Shown: piece by piece, positions 20,844 to 34,169 of the stretch | Layout: every line of letters begins with the position of its first letter | Numbering within the stretch: the stretch's first letter is position 1 | Assembly: GCA_051362555.1 (NCBI GenBank) | Contig: CM120647.1 | Coordinates: 20,188,651-20,252,650 of the forward strand | Source of the DNA: Lingula anatina | Taxonomy: Eukaryota > Animalia > Brachiopoda | Reading direction: 5' to 3' | DNA: 64,000 bases | The notes under the pieces: generated by a model | Told to the model about the DNA's origin: nothing | The model's database searches: none | Seen by the model: the letters and a program-made list of their open reading frames with translations, nothing else | Translations under genes and position numbers: made by a program

Positions 20844-23800
20844 ATGGATAATAACGCAAGGAACAGAGTAAAGAAAGCTACCAGAGTCAAGATCATCAGC
20901 ATGGGAAACGCAGAAACAGGAAAGGTATTACACAATTTAAAAAATGGTTTATTTTATTGTAGTGTTAATTAAACTGTGCAGCACATCTTTACTGGTGCAT
21001 TCAACAACGATCAAATGTTTTACACTGATATATCAACTTTATCTATTTTCCAATAATATGGATCGAGATTTTTAAAAATATATTTCTGCAGTGAATGTTT
21101 TTATTTATTCTGCAGTTACTATACACTAATACATGTGAGATATTTCAACAAAAAAAAAGGTTTTAACACATTTTTTGCCGAAGAAAAATGATTGGAATGT
21201 TGTCAAACTAATGATTTTAATATGATTCTAATTTTGTCAATTTTTTGTTTTTTTTATTTTTATTTTTTTTTTGTTTTTGTTTTTCACAACAAAAGTTTAA
21301 ACATTTGCACTGTATGTGCTAGGAATTGATACTATCCATGAATATTATATGCTATTCTGTATAGGTGAGATTGCATTTTAATGTTCTTTATTTGTTTTTT
21401 ATTTGCAGAGTTGCATCATCAAGAGGTACTGTGAAAAGAGGTTTGTTCAGAAGTACCTGGCCACGATTGGTATCGACTACGGCGTCACAAAGTGAGTTTC
21501 AAAATTAAATATTTTTGATAAGTAATATATTTGTGTAAACACCAGTTCTTTTCACATTGACAATTAAAACCAATCATTTCCTGTACTTTTTTCTATTATT
21601 ATTCATGTACATTGCACTATTCAGTAGTTGTGAACATTGGAATATTTAATTTATATTTATCACAATTATTCTTCGAAGCCTGCCAAGAAAAGAATTACCA
21701 GTAAAGTATTGACGTATCAGCTGGTTCTAATAAGGGACAATTATACATCCTGCTAAATTTTTAAAAATTTCCCCCTTTTTTAAGTTACAGTAAAGAGATA
21801 TTTCACTGTTGCATTTTGATATGAATGACTGCATGTGAAGGGATTAAAGACAATTACTAGTAATTGTTCCTTCAAAACCAAACCAGCTTTAATCTGTCAA
21901 ATTGATCCCTCTTTACAATGCCTCCTACAGCGAAAATCATTTGTTGGCCAATTATGGTATCTGTTAAATCTGTGTAATGAGTGTTCCTCATGCCACCAGT
22001 CAGTTTGCTAAGAATATTGATTCTCTGCTATGTATACAAGTTGGACGTGTACCTGTAGAAACTTCCAGTAGTGATCCTGAAAGTGTTTTCAAACATTATT
22101 CAACATACTATCTTTTTGTATTTTTATATTCATCTGGTATTTTGGTGCTGAAACAGCTGTGACAACTTTAAGAAACATAAAAAAGAGATTAAGACTTCAA
22201 ATTAAAAGTGCATTAAAGTAATTATGACTTCCTTGTGTTAGGTAGATTTAATAAAGCAGACCCGTGTTTTCCTTTTGGGTGATTAAATGCCCATTTTGTT
22301 GGAAACCATCACAGAAATATGGCATAGGTCCCCTGCTTTGGTCTCCACTTGAAATAATGCAATCAACTTCAATGCTGAATGTATTTTGAATGTCTACATA
22401 CCCAGAAAAACATTCAAGAAGAACTGTGTGAAATGTACCATTTGAAAATGTATTGTCTTAAGTTTCCTTTTCCTGAAATCAATTTTCTGGCATGTAATTA
22501 TATCTGTTTGTGACGCAGGAACATTTTACCATTTGTTTAAAGCTGCAACTTAATATCTGTGAATCTTCTGATTATAAGATTTTGATTCACTTTAGTTACT
22601 TTCTGTAAATACAGTTTGTAAGCAGCAACAAATTTTGAGTTCTGGAAATTCAGCGCTTCATGTTAAAAAAGATTTTGAATTCACCATTTTTATGTACTAT
22701 ATAATTTTTATGTTTTTAAATTTATTATACTTATTTATTTTTATTTATTCTGCTATTTTATTGATTAAAATAATATTTTTTCTATTTATAGTTTTTATTA
22801 TTTATTATTATTATCTGTTTATTCATTATCTATTTTTTATTATTATTATCTATTCATATATTTTAGAAAATTAAATACAAATTTATTATTATTATTATTA
22901 TTTATTTATTATTATTATTATTTTTTTATTTATTTATTTATTTATTTTTTTTTTTTTTGCATTCCCACAACTGATTTGTACAATTTAATATAAAATCCCA
23001 GACCAGACTTGTGTAAGTTTGAAACACATGGTGCACATGTACTTTGTTAATTGTCGTGATATTGATCCATTAGGTTATGCCAGAAGTTTCTGTTAACAAA
23101 AACATACAATGCAGTGTACAATTTTTATGAGCTTGAATTGATTTTGGTTTCATTTTGTGGAAAAATGGCAGGTGCAAGTCACTTTAATTTGATTATAAAT
23201 GTATTTTGTGAGTTAGAGTTTCTGATGTATTATCTTGTAGTTCTTCATGTTTTGAGATCGTTGTCAGTACAATAGGTTTAGGGAGAAGCACCAGACTGTG
23301 AAACTGCTCAACATACATGGGGAAAACCATGGAAGTTCTGAAGGTTCAAAGATTCTGCACTACAAAAAATTTGCATGTCTTCCTAATTCTGTGTAGGTCT
23401 CCTAGTGGATAATTCTATACAATTTTTTTTTGTGTTGTATTTCCACAAAACCTTGCCTGTCCAGAGGACCTGAATAAAAAATCCTGCTGGTCCTCTGGTT
23501 ATTCACGCAGTCATGACTGGTCGGACCTTCAATATCACCTAGTCTGCATGAGACGTGGACTGTCAGTGATATCAGCCGTGTGTAATACAGTGAATTTAAA
23601 ATTATAAATGTTGTTATCATAAGTTCAGAAACAGAACATCACTATTTGATGAAATCAACAAAATGTCCTATGGCTCACTCCACCAAAAAGTGACCCTCCA
23701 TAGTATCCACAAACATGGGAAGAGACCAACACGTTTTTATGAAACAGTTCTGCTGATATTACACAATATAATAATATGACTGTGTGCTTCACTGAACATT

Positions 23801-24624
23801 CAAAAAAATAATTCAATAATCTTCAAAATATTTTTACTAGTAATTATCCAAAATAAGATCCAGCTGTTCCATGGAAATATTAGGAGTCAGTTTGCCAACT
23901 AATTGTTAGGAGCTTACTGTATAATTAATTGATCCAAACACTTCAATGAATGCTTCTATTATTTTGCTAATCTTTACTACAAAAGACACCAGCTGACAGC
24001 ATCAGCGTCAATCAATATTGTGGTGTAATATGTAAAAAGATTATGCCATATGTTTGAGTATATTTTCTTTTAAATAATTTATTATTAGATTAAGGGAAGC
24101 ATTGAGCATTCTTTGTCCCATTAGACTAAATATTGTTTTGAATGTCATTTCTCAAATTCTGGTCTGAGTAATTACTGTAAGGCATTTTTATCCTGTTTTT
24201 TTTTTTTTTCTTTGTAAAATATCCCAATCCCCCACGTACATGTATTTCTATTTGTAATTAACTTATGCACAGCATGCAAATATTTTTATTGTATATCATT
24301 TTTATTGTTAATATTTTTATATTTGACTGATCATTTCTTTCTTTCTTTTTATTTATTATTTAATTTTTTAAACCCAATTTCTCTTTATTTCTCTGTATTT
24401 ATTCTTTATTTTTTAGAACTTAATTTTTAAAGGCCAAATTCTTCACAAGCTTCACAGTAATTTATCAGTTGTGAATTTCTCAACTTCAGGGTGACAGTCA
24501 AAGGTCAGGAGATGAAGGTGAATATTTTTGACATGGCAGGACACCCTATATTCTATGAGGTAGGTCTGTGATATATCTATTCTTTTATCTAATATATGAT
24601 ATATCTATGTACTTTTTTAACTTG

Positions 24625-24672
<48 letters not shown>

Positions 24673-25371
24673 TTCTAACATTATGGGTGGTGGATTCATA
24701 CCAATATGAAATAATAAAAAACACATAATAATTATATAAACAGGGGTGCCCACTTCTTCTTCTTCAGGTTAGAAATGAGTTCTACAAGGACACCCAGGGC
24801 GCCATGTTGGTGTATGATATTGCTGACAGGGGGAGCTTTGAGGCTTTGGAGGCCTGGTTGGCTGAGATGAGGAATGAGATAGGAAACCCTGCTGAGATGG
24901 ATAATATTGTCTTCTGTGTGTGTGCTAATAAGGTCAGTTTGTCTGCGAAAAATTGGCTCACTTACGGTTCTCAATCTGTCCTAGAACATAATGTTTTTCT
25001 CTCTTTTAATGAAAAATATTCTTAATCGGTTCTGGGACATTCTGAAGGACTTCCCCAAAACTGTTCTCGAACTGTTAGATTCATTACAGAAGAACATTAG
25101 AACTGTAAAAAAAAATATACACCAAATGCTCTAGAATAGATTGAGAAGCATAAGTGAATGTTAAATGAGACATTATGCAGGGGTTGGCGGCCAGTCTTTC
25201 GGGTGTGTCTCAAAAATCTGCAGGTTAATAGGTCTGAAAAGTCATAACATTTTTAGTCTTTCAATAAAAGGGTTTTGTTGCTGCTTAGGTTCTAAAGTGA
25301 TTATCCAGACCAATAGATTTTTGGACTATTGAATTTTTGGACTGTTGTCAGGCACCCAGTCTCTCTTTCTT

Positions 25372-25409
<38 letters not shown>

Positions 25410-26676
25410 ACACGCACACCCACACATACACACACACACTTCTTTGAAAGACAAAGATGACATTAATATGCCACTTAGTATTGCCTTTGGCAGAATATGA
25501 GATGAATATGTTAAGAAAATAATTGAAGATTAATATATAATTTCAGTGTGATAAGAAGCGTGTTGTTGATGAGGCAGATGGCAGACTTTGGGCGGAGGGG
25601 AAAGGTTTTCACTACTTTGAGACTTCTGCTCAAACTGGAGAGGGTGTGGGGGAAATGTTCCAGGTGAGGGTTTATTTATTTATTTATTGTTAGAACTTTC
25701 TTTTTGCAAATGGAATCAAGATGTAATTGCAGCATTAAATACCAGAAGTTGAAAAAAAGCAAGAACATGGAAAAATATTTATATGTTTTAAAGATGTATA
25801 ATATGACAGTAGTAAAGAAGAAAAGGAAATACACTTTAAACCACAAACATCTAACACATATTTTATGTTCAACTTTGTAATACTGTTAATAAGTCAACTG
25901 ATTGTGGACAATTTGGCTATATGTATATATTTATAGCTTGTTTTTATTTAATGGCACAGGTTCTGTTTGAGGGGGTGTTGAGCACTGTTGAAAATGGCGG
26001 CAAACGTCGACCCATGACGACCCAGTTAGGTTACACCAAGGACCAGGCTGAGGCAATCCAGAGGTTGAAAAATTCCAAGAACGATTACGAGAGACTTGGT
26101 CTTCACCCTGGAGCTTCAAAGTATGTGGCACAATATTATATAAAATGATAATTAATTTATCAATTTATTAAAAGCACTTCTGATATATTCAAACATTGCT
26201 TATCATAGGTCTTCACATTGTAGCAATAGTCTGACAAGAGATAATGCGTGCACATGTGCATGTGTGCGTCTGCATATGATTCTACACCTCATAAATGAGA
26301 ATTACCAAGCACAAGCCGAAAATCTTTAATATTGTGGGCTTCAGCCAACCTGGACGTGGGCCTTCATCAGAATGAGATGTTGTTTCTCACTGACTGATAG
26401 GTGGTATAGCTAACGTTATGAAAGATTTTCGGCTTGTGTGTTTGATAATTTTCATTTATGAACCAACTACCAAGCTAATGAAAAATTTTGCTGATTCTTC
26501 ACCTGTTATCAAAGCTAAAATATTATTGGACTTCTTTCTATCTGTGCAGGGATGATATTAACAAGGCATACAGAAAGTTAGCTGTTCTTCTGCATCCTGA
26601 CAAGAATGTCGCACCTGGTAGCGAGGAGGCCTTTAAACTTCTGGTCGCAGCTAGGACAAATTTGCTCAAGCGATGA
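20844..26676 (+). CDS. DNAJC27: DnaJ homolog subfamily C member 27 / RBJ (Rab-like RJL GTPase + C-terminal J-domain), 7 exons, ~267 aa
   Basis: Exons 20844-20924, 21409-21491, 24490-24559, 24768-24932, 25547-25663, 25960-26120, 26550-26676 (804 nt, GT-AG, phases consistent). Motifs: [63 protein letters not shown], and J-domain [24 protein letters not shown]. Confidence 0.96.
25366..25440. repeat. (CT)n/(CA)n microsatellite
   Basis: Direct observation. Confidence 0.9.
26290..26460. repeat. Inverted repeat (~40 bp arms) in DNAJC27 intron 6, possibly a Penelope-like relic
   Basis: CATAAATGAGAATTACCAAGCACAAGCCGAAAATCTTT (26290-26327) pairs with AAAGATTTTCGGCTTGTGTGTTTGATAATTTTCATTTATG (26421-26460). 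Confidence 0.6.
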
Positions 26677-27283
26677 TGACGATGATGGTCAAGGGATTGA
26701 GACTGAGATTAACAGTGGCCTTTACAATTCATTGTACTGCAACTCAAAAAATAATCCAAATAAAATCATCATTTGCTGATGGTTATTTGCTTGGGTGAAG
26801 AAAATTAAGAGAAATAACTTGATCACTTTATTATAATTATTCTATGTCTATTTTTCATTGATTTAAGGAAGAATTAGTGATTTGGTTAAACCAAGTTAAT
26901 CAGTGATATGTTAGTAAACCTAGTCATTGGTGGGGCATGTTTACTCTTGCAGTGCGATGAAGATTCCCAGCGAAGACTATAATTTTATCGTATTTATTAT
27001 AAAAACTTTAATTAGCAGAATTATATCAATACTATACTGATAGTGTGTACTGTTAAACAGAATAGTGTCTATTTGTAAGTCATTTATGATGACCTGGTTT
27101 TTGTTCATAGTGCAAAGATGGAAATCATTACAAAACTGTTAAAAGAAGGGGGCATGTAATTTTTGTGGCTAATGGTAACCAAGTAAAAAACAAAGCTGTA
27201 GTCCAGTTTGTAGCATGCCTAACTAGAAAATGGCATTTGTTTAATACATTTTTATAGACCAAGATTTATACCAGTTTTTACTC

Positions 27284-27320
<37 letters not shown>

Positions 27321-28567
27321 TTTTACACTCATCTCCAGTAAGCTTCAAGAGAATGACATTCCATTTTCAAATCCAAATATCTATGCACCAGAATTACACA
27401 ATAAAGATACATAATGGTGTAGTTACAGGTAAAATAAGGAAAGTAATACAGAGACTGACGGCTTCAAAATGGGCAAAGAACTTCACTAAAAACCTAACTT
27501 TTCAGACATCACCAGTATTGACCCTTCAAAATGTATTTCAGTCTTTGTCATTTTACATTAGACTTTCGCGCTGTATACCATATTGATATAAACATTTATT
27601 TTTTGGGTAAAAAATATATGTGGCCAAATGTAAGTGACTGCTGATGATTCTGGAGAGAAATATTATTGTTATTATATATTATGAATGTAAAATTACACCA
27701 TAGTTTTTTGTACATTTCAACATTCAAGCCGTCCACTGTCTGTATTTTTTCCTTTTTCAATATAAGTGAAGTGACTAACTAAATGTATGCGCCGAGGAAT
27801 ATACTCATTATCTCACTTTTGGAAATCTGTCTGTTGAAGACCCTAGTTGACTGTATTGAAGTGATACTGACGTCATGTTGACGTCACATAAAGTTATAAC
27901 ATAGTCGTTATAACATTTTGTGTATTCTTGAATTGCAAAAATATAGATCTATACATATTGTTTATGCTGAACGTTAGGTTCACTTAAAACTTCGTTATTA
28001 TAATATATACAATGTACATGTAGGTATTTGATTAAATAGTTTGTAGGAGTTTTATATTGATCGTAACGGTATGAAATAAATAATTTCTTCCCAGTAACAG
28101 GGAATTTTGCAGCTAGAAAAGGAAAAGGGAGAGAAAATTACCCAAACCGAAGTAGTCTATTAACGCATCTCACTAGAAAGCACGGTGTGACAGAAGTGGC
28201 ACAGGTGACATTAGCCCCGTTTACTGACCCAATATACTGACACAGTACACTAACCCTAACCTGGCATGTTGGATCCCGGACTTCCATTTCTGGGACTACC
28301 ATTCCTGTCACGCCTGGGATCGATCCAAAACCGCTCAAACCAGTCAGCACAGGGCTCGCCAGCTGACGTTCATTGACGTCATTGCAGGATACGACTTAAT
28401 CAAGCTGTTTAAATACCATCTCCAATACCAACGGACGAAATAAACACTCTGGCGTACATATTAAATGCATACATTTGTACCATAATGCACTTGTCCTGAA
28501 AGAAAATCAGTAAAGTTTCGTTTCCATGCACACCAGAGAACGAACCCGCATTTTAATGTATAAGCAT

Positions 28568-28753
28568 CAGTGGCGGATTTAGAGGGCTGCCTTCTTGAAA
28601 TTAGAATTTTGACTAGCTGAATCATAGTTCTAAACCGTACCAAATGGCAACGTTCGCCCTCTTAAATACCAAAAATTTTGCCAAGGAGTGGGGGGGGGGC
28701 TATCTGCTGACCCCCCCCCCCCCCCTTTTCAAATAATCCTGGATCCGCTTCTG
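28568..28753. mobile_element. Short G/C-tract non-autonomous element
   Basis: CAGTGGCGGATTTAG...AATCCTGGATCCGCTTCTG. Absent at the paralogous position (~38060) of unit 2; homologous to 4936-5254. Confidence 0.7.
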
Positions 28754-28824
28754 AGCATCTCGTGTATCCTTATGTAGACGTAACCTCTCCAGAATTGTAG
28801 ATGGTGGTTTATTATTTAGTACTA

Positions 28825-29210
28825 AATTCATTCCCAAACCACTTCCAGATAAATGAGTGGCAGGAATAGCACTTCATCGTGTGGATGTGAGAGTAACACT
28901 CGCGTATTCCAATTCTGACAGTGAACATAGAAGGACTGGTTGAGTTGAGAGTGTATAAAAGCGACTTTGGGCGTTTTGGTTCTAGTAGTCGACTTCACGG
29001 AGAAATTTGAAAGAGAATTAACTTTATGATAACTTGGATACATAAGGAGGAATTTGGTGTGCGCTGTCTAATTTGATTCAGCACAATTTATTTTTTCGAA
29101 ACAGACGAGCAGTCGTCAGTCATGACAGCAACTTAGAAGAGCCATTAAAGTAGTATTTAAAAGAAGATTTGTGACAGTGAAGCGTCTTTCTGGTATGTAT
29201 AAGGTAAAAT
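28825..29210 (+). promoter_or_regulatory. Conserved GPCR promoter / non-coding exon 1 block (copies at ~38124-38500, ~43893-44275, ~54639-55025)
   Basis: Block AGATAAATGAGTG(G/T)CAGGAATAGCAC...TTCACGGAGAAATTTGAAAGAGAA...TGACAGCAACTTAGAAGAGC...GTGACAGTGAAG..CTG|GTA recurs upstream of every GPCR. It ends in donor-like sites; copy 2 has TATAAAA at ~38328. Matching acceptors TTGCAG|GAAAGATACAG at 31742, 38854, 46817, 57696. Confidence 0.6.
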
Positions 29211-30009
29211 AGACACATTTTGATGTTTCAAAATAATGCAAATTGGCACCTTTCAAGTACAGAATCCCGTGGTACGTTTACGATTTTAAACGTTATTTTA
29301 AGTTCAGAACATTTTGTAAATGTAGATGGTCGCCGGTTGTATTTTTTTTTTTTTTTTTTTTTTTTGTCTTTCCACAACTCAAAGGAGAACATTTGAGTGA
29401 TGCACATGTTTTGTACAGATTGTGCATAACTGTTTATTATCACTCCATTTACAGTTAATTCTTTCCACACTGGACGATAATATTTACCCAGTACTATAGT
29501 ATAATGATATTAAAATAATGGGGGGGAAAGCCAAAATTATGCAAATTTTGCACAAAATCTGTGCATTACAGACCTGATTCATATGTTCGCTTTTCTAGAT
29601 TTATTACTTAGAGGATACAGATCTTCTCTCTCTTTTTGCCCTCCCTTTTCGTAAACAAACTGGAAATGATTATTATCAAATCTTTTTCTCTTGATGTATT
29701 CCTTCACATACAGACTTGGCACTTATTACGGAATATTTTTTTCCAAATCATTTTCACCAGTTTAATTTCTTCCTATTTTGCTGACTGCTAAACGAAAATA
29801 AGGATTACAGTCGCGTTTTAATATCTTTTAATAATCCTTATGATGTCATTGTGACAACAGTTCATTAATCGAATTCGCCAGTAAAGCAAACAAAAATACA
29901 TTGCCTATTCTAAGGCATACGACAACCGTTAAAAGCGATATTTTGGATCTCCATATTTTCCAAATTATCATCTGTAAAAGAGTTACACGCTCCACAAAAG
30001 ACCCTAATG

Positions 30010-30800
30010 TTAGTTTCTAGTCACAGCAACGGTCGCTGTTACCCCTAGGGCTCTGAAGCCGCAAGAAATTCCTTGGGAGAGGTTTTTAGAGTTTAATCTG
30101 GAATAACATTCCAGGCATCGGTTAAAACTTGTCCAATTCGGTTTAGTTTTGTTGTAGATCATGTAGGCCGTTGATTCGGCGAGTAATGACCTACTCACAT
30201 ATTGTCTTTATGGTTCAAATATGGCGATTTTGATGACCAAAGTAGCTGCTCATTCCCTTGTTTCTGTAAGTTATCTGCGATTAAAGTGCTCTGTGTGAAC
30301 CGCATTCTCAACGTGCAGCCTCAAATTGTTCCTAAGGTGCCCGCTATCAAATGATAGTCAAGTGACTCCCAGATTATTCCTTTATTTGATGTGGTTCAGG
30401 TTTTCATCGATGACTACCATTGGTGTTGTGGCACCAATGTGGTATTCACTCCAAATACTGACGCTGTCAATGGCCTTAGTCACTTAGGATGTGGCACACG
30501 CTTCGTCGTGGGCCTCTTCAGGATGTCTGTAAACTCTGTTTTGACTAGTTGAGCGGAAAAGAATAATTTTGACCTCAATTAAGAAAGACGCAGTTTCAGT
30601 GTTCTACCCAGAAACGGTCATGGTCCCCAATTTATTAGAGAAACAGGCGACAATATTTGCTGTTTACAGTGTCTTCCTCAGAGGTCGTCTGGTAATCTAA
30701 CCTGCCAAAACCAGTTTGGACTTCGCTACGGGCCTTGAAAAAAACGCGTTCTGGTGGCAATTTGCCCCTCATTCTGAAAGGACAAGTTTGTTTTTGCTTA
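30010..30800 (-). mobile_element. Possible highly degenerate LINE (APE endonuclease) fragment in the GPCR1 5'UTR intron
   Basis: A stop-interrupted minus frame contains VYRHP and IYNKTKPNWTSF, resembling the VYRPP and YxxANW motifs of LINE endonucleases. Weak. Confidence 0.3.
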
Positions 30801-31652
30801 GTTGCAGCAGCATATCCAGAAGAACAGCGAGTCCTGTACCCTGGTGATAAGATTTCGATACATTGGGTGTGATCTCTGTGTAGGTACGGTACATCAGCCT
30901 GGGCATAACTCTATGAAACTGAGCCTACCGTTCTTTTTGACACAATAATCTGTCTGGCAATGTCCGTCTTTTTGTGCACCTTTCTGGCACAGAGGGACAA
31001 TTATGTAAAACACCACTTAACTCATTTTATGCACTGCAAAATCGACCGCTTGCCTGCAAAATTTGAGATTCATCTATGCAGTAGTTGCCGACATATGGAA
31101 ACTTTTTGACCGAACCATGCTTTGCCAAAGCCAAGCTTTGACCAGTCCAAAGAAGCAGTACCCAATTAAATCACTGAGTATTTCACAATTCAGCAGTGCA
31201 ACACACATGATACTTTGATAGTCAGTTAATTGGTAGGGACACCCCTGACTACACACTTCCCAAATCACATATCTTATATGAGATGTGGCTTTTTTTTTTT
31301 TTTTTTTTTAAACGAGTTTTTTACCTAGGCATACCTTTGAAACTTAAATATTCCATATTAAATGTCAAGACTGTACATTTATCTATGCGAATATTACTTC
31401 AATAACTGCCGTAATTGCGAATTTAATCGGGCAGAATTATACACAGTGGCGTGAAAAAGTGATGTTATTATTATTGTAAAGTGATGTGAAAAAGTGATGT
31501 TACTATATATTAATTAATTGATTCGATTTTTATTTATTGATTTATTTTTGTACAATAGTGCAAGAAATGTGCAAGTAATACTGCACGCTTTAAAAGCCGT
31601 ACCGAAGACAGTTAACAAGTTCGAATATGGGATAGCTGTCGCTCGCGCGCGT

Positions 31653-31692
<40 letters not shown>

Positions 31693-32008
31693 CTCAAACT
31701 GTTGCTGTGAAATAAGCCTACTACTTCATCTTCTCATTGCAGGAAAGATACAGTCAAACGACAGGCGCAGCATCCCAGAAACCACAATTACTTAGAACCA
31801 GTCCCTACATCGCTGTTGCTTCATCGATAGGAAAGTGTATCAACGGCAATCTGCATAAAATAGTAGAACCTCGTAAGAACACGCCTACTAAATATAAGAC
31901 TATCCAGCATGAGTGAGCCGTTCCAGGAACACCGAGGTAATCGGCTTTGATGTTCCAAATGAATCCCATGTGAATTCAAAGGACCGATCAAAGGACACAA
32001 GTTTCATC

Positions 32009-33070
32009 ATGTTGAACAAAACCGCTAACCTGGGCTCCAACTTCGCCAGCGACTACCCAGGCCTGTCCCCACAGGAGCTCTGCTGGGTGTTCCAAGGAAA
32101 TTGCTGGTGTGCCACGATCTACGTCCTGACCATCATTGGATTCGTGGGGAGCCTCTTAACCTTTATTGTTGTCCTCCGCAGTGAGCGTCTCCGTTCGAAG
32201 TCCACATTCATCTATCTGTTGTTCTTGGCGGCAGTTGACGAGTTCGTGCTATTGTACCTCTCAGGGGAGTGCCTGAACTTTCACCTGAGCCCCCCTTCAA
32301 CTGATCAAGTCTGCATGATCGAATCTGTAAGGTACGTCGTGAGTGACACCCTCGTGTATCTGTCCGTGATCTACGTGACGGCAGTGACGGTTGAGAGACT
32401 GATCATTGTAAAATGGCCGTTGAAAGCTGCATATCTGTGCCGAAGGCGGACGGCCATCGTAGCGTGCGTCGTGACAGCTTTTGTCGTCTTGGCCTTCAAC
32501 TGCTATAACTTATCTATGTGCTACGTTGGGATTGAAACGATAAGCTTAATCATTACAGCCGGCGATTACATGTTCATAACAATCCACGTCATCTTGGGTT
32601 TGACGATCGCTGTTTTAACGGCCATCATCATCTTCGAATTGTCGCGCTCCAGTGCCAGACGCCGGCAGATGATGACGGCCACACCAGCAGCGAGGGCAAG
32701 TTCAGGGTCAACAAGGGAGTCATTCGCCCAGAAAACCCACGTTTTGCTCCTGACCACGCCCATTTCTTTCACCATTTTGGCGTGGCCCAAATATGGTTTT
32801 GACATCTGGTTGGCGACGATGGAGATTCAGGGTTATGCATTAGGCGAAGATATACCGATGATTTATAACGTTGTCAGAGAAGCGTTATTTTTGCTGAGTA
32901 AAGTAAACCATTGTATTAACTTTTACCTCTATGTCGCCTCTGCACCTGTTTTCAGAAATGAAATTAGACGTGCGTTTTGCAGACCAGGGAGGTTGGCAAA
33001 AACGAATCCACATCCAAATAACATTCACGACAGTAGATCAAGCGTGCGTACTGTATCAAGTCGTATCTGA
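32009..33070 (+). CDS. Class A (rhodopsin-like) GPCR, FMRFamide-receptor-like/chemoreceptor-like, copy 1 (353 aa)
   Basis: Seven hydrophobic segments; motifs GFVGSLL, YLLFLAAVD, TVERLIIVKWPLKA, ILAWP, NHCINFYLY..FRNE. ATG 32009 is preferred over the GTG at 31913 because it aligns with the paralog starts and gives an N-glycosylation site (NKT). Confidence 0.92.
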   Translation: MLNKTANLGSNFASDYPGLSPQELCWVFQGNCWCATIYVLTIIGFVGSLLTFIVVLRSERLRSKSTFIYLLFLAAVDEFVLLYLSGECLNFHLSPPSTDQVCMIESVRYVVSDTLVYLSVIYVTAVTVERLIIVKWPLKAAYLCRRRTAIVACVVTAFVVLAFNCYNLSMCYVGIETISLIITAGDYMFITIHVILGLTIAVLTAIIIFELSRSSARRRQMMTATPAARASSGSTRESFAQKTHVLLLTTPISFTILAWPKYGFDIWLATMEIQGYALGEDIPMIYNVVREALFLLSKVNHCINFYLYVASAPVFRNEIRRAFCRPGRLAKTNPHPNNIHDSRSSVRTVSSRI

Positions 33071-33173
33071 ATTCTCAATGTTGTTATAAGATGGCTTAGG
33101 TAGAAGTGGGCTCACGAAGAAGTAAACGCGACATATCAAAATAGAAGCACGGGCCAGAGTTCGTGGAACGTAA

Positions 33174-34169
33174 AGCCGGGGTCCCAACCCAACGTACGGG
33201 ATTTTACGTCTAGTCTAAGGACAAAAAAATGGGGAAAACGTGGGATTTCGTGCGTGAGGAGCACGCCCATCATGCAACTTTTGGAGGTCGTAGACAGCAT
33301 GTAGAAATAATTCGACATGATCAACAGCCGCTGCGTGCGGTCTACGAACTCTCAAAAAATGGAAAAATTACGACAGGCACCTGTCCAGCTGTCGTACGGG
33401 ACACGTGAGGAACCTCTTTTAACCCCACTGCTCCTGGGTGGCTACGGTGCGTGCGATGCACGTGGTTAAGGCGCTCGATAATCGTACTTATATCTTGCTC
33501 ACTACGTGCTCACTCCACATTTCCGCGCGCCCACCGTGTGGAACTCACGGGCTTCGTGCATGTTGAGCCAGAAGTGGTCGCTCCATGCGTACGGACCGCG
33601 AGTTTAAAAGAAGGGGCATGAACGAAAAAGCATTATTTCTGATGTCAAGTTTTAAAAAATGCCTAAAAAGACAGCAAAGACCAAGGGATGGGGAGAGGGG
33701 GCAAGCCAGGTATGATTGGGCTCACCATTTTGAGCACTGCTGCGGATATAATGATCTCCTTAAACATGCACTGTTTTTATACCTTCCCCAAAACATCTCA
33801 ACACGCAAGATTCCCATGCAAAGGACGAGCAACAACTGTAGGAAGTCAGCAAGACTGCCCTACGTCTACTTGCGTTGCCCTTGCGTTGCCTGTACTCCCT
33901 GTACGCATAACGCACGTAGTGCACGATGCTTGTACTTTGCATGCACGGGGCGCGCGGGACACGTGCGAAAGCCCGTCAGGCGCAGAGGTACTTCTGACAT
34001 GCGGAGGCTGTGCTTCACACGTACTTTCCACGCACTTTTTTCTTGCGCACTCATTGCAATCACCAGTTACCTGATTTCTTCCCTACGATCTAGCTACGGC
34101 CCAGCCAGACGAGAGGAACCTTAAGAGAGGAACGTCCTGAAAACCGTGCGTGGAGTTGGGATCCAGGCT
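33174..34169. mobile_element. ~1 kb GC-rich PIF/Harbinger-type non-autonomous element downstream of the GPCR1 stop
   Basis: TIRs AGCCGGGGTCCCAAC..CGTACGG / CCGTGCG..GTTGGGATCCAGGCT, flanked by TAA and TTA. The paralogous 3' regions (e.g. 40300-40350) show the empty site. Confidence 0.8.

Noticed and set aside
31913-32008. GTG-initiated N-terminal extension of GPCR1
   Set aside because: Not open in the paralogs; ATG 32009 aligns with their starts.
33585-34124. Overlapping 128-179 aa Cys/Arg-rich ORFs
   Set aside because: They lie inside a GC-rich non-autonomous transposon and show no domain motifs.
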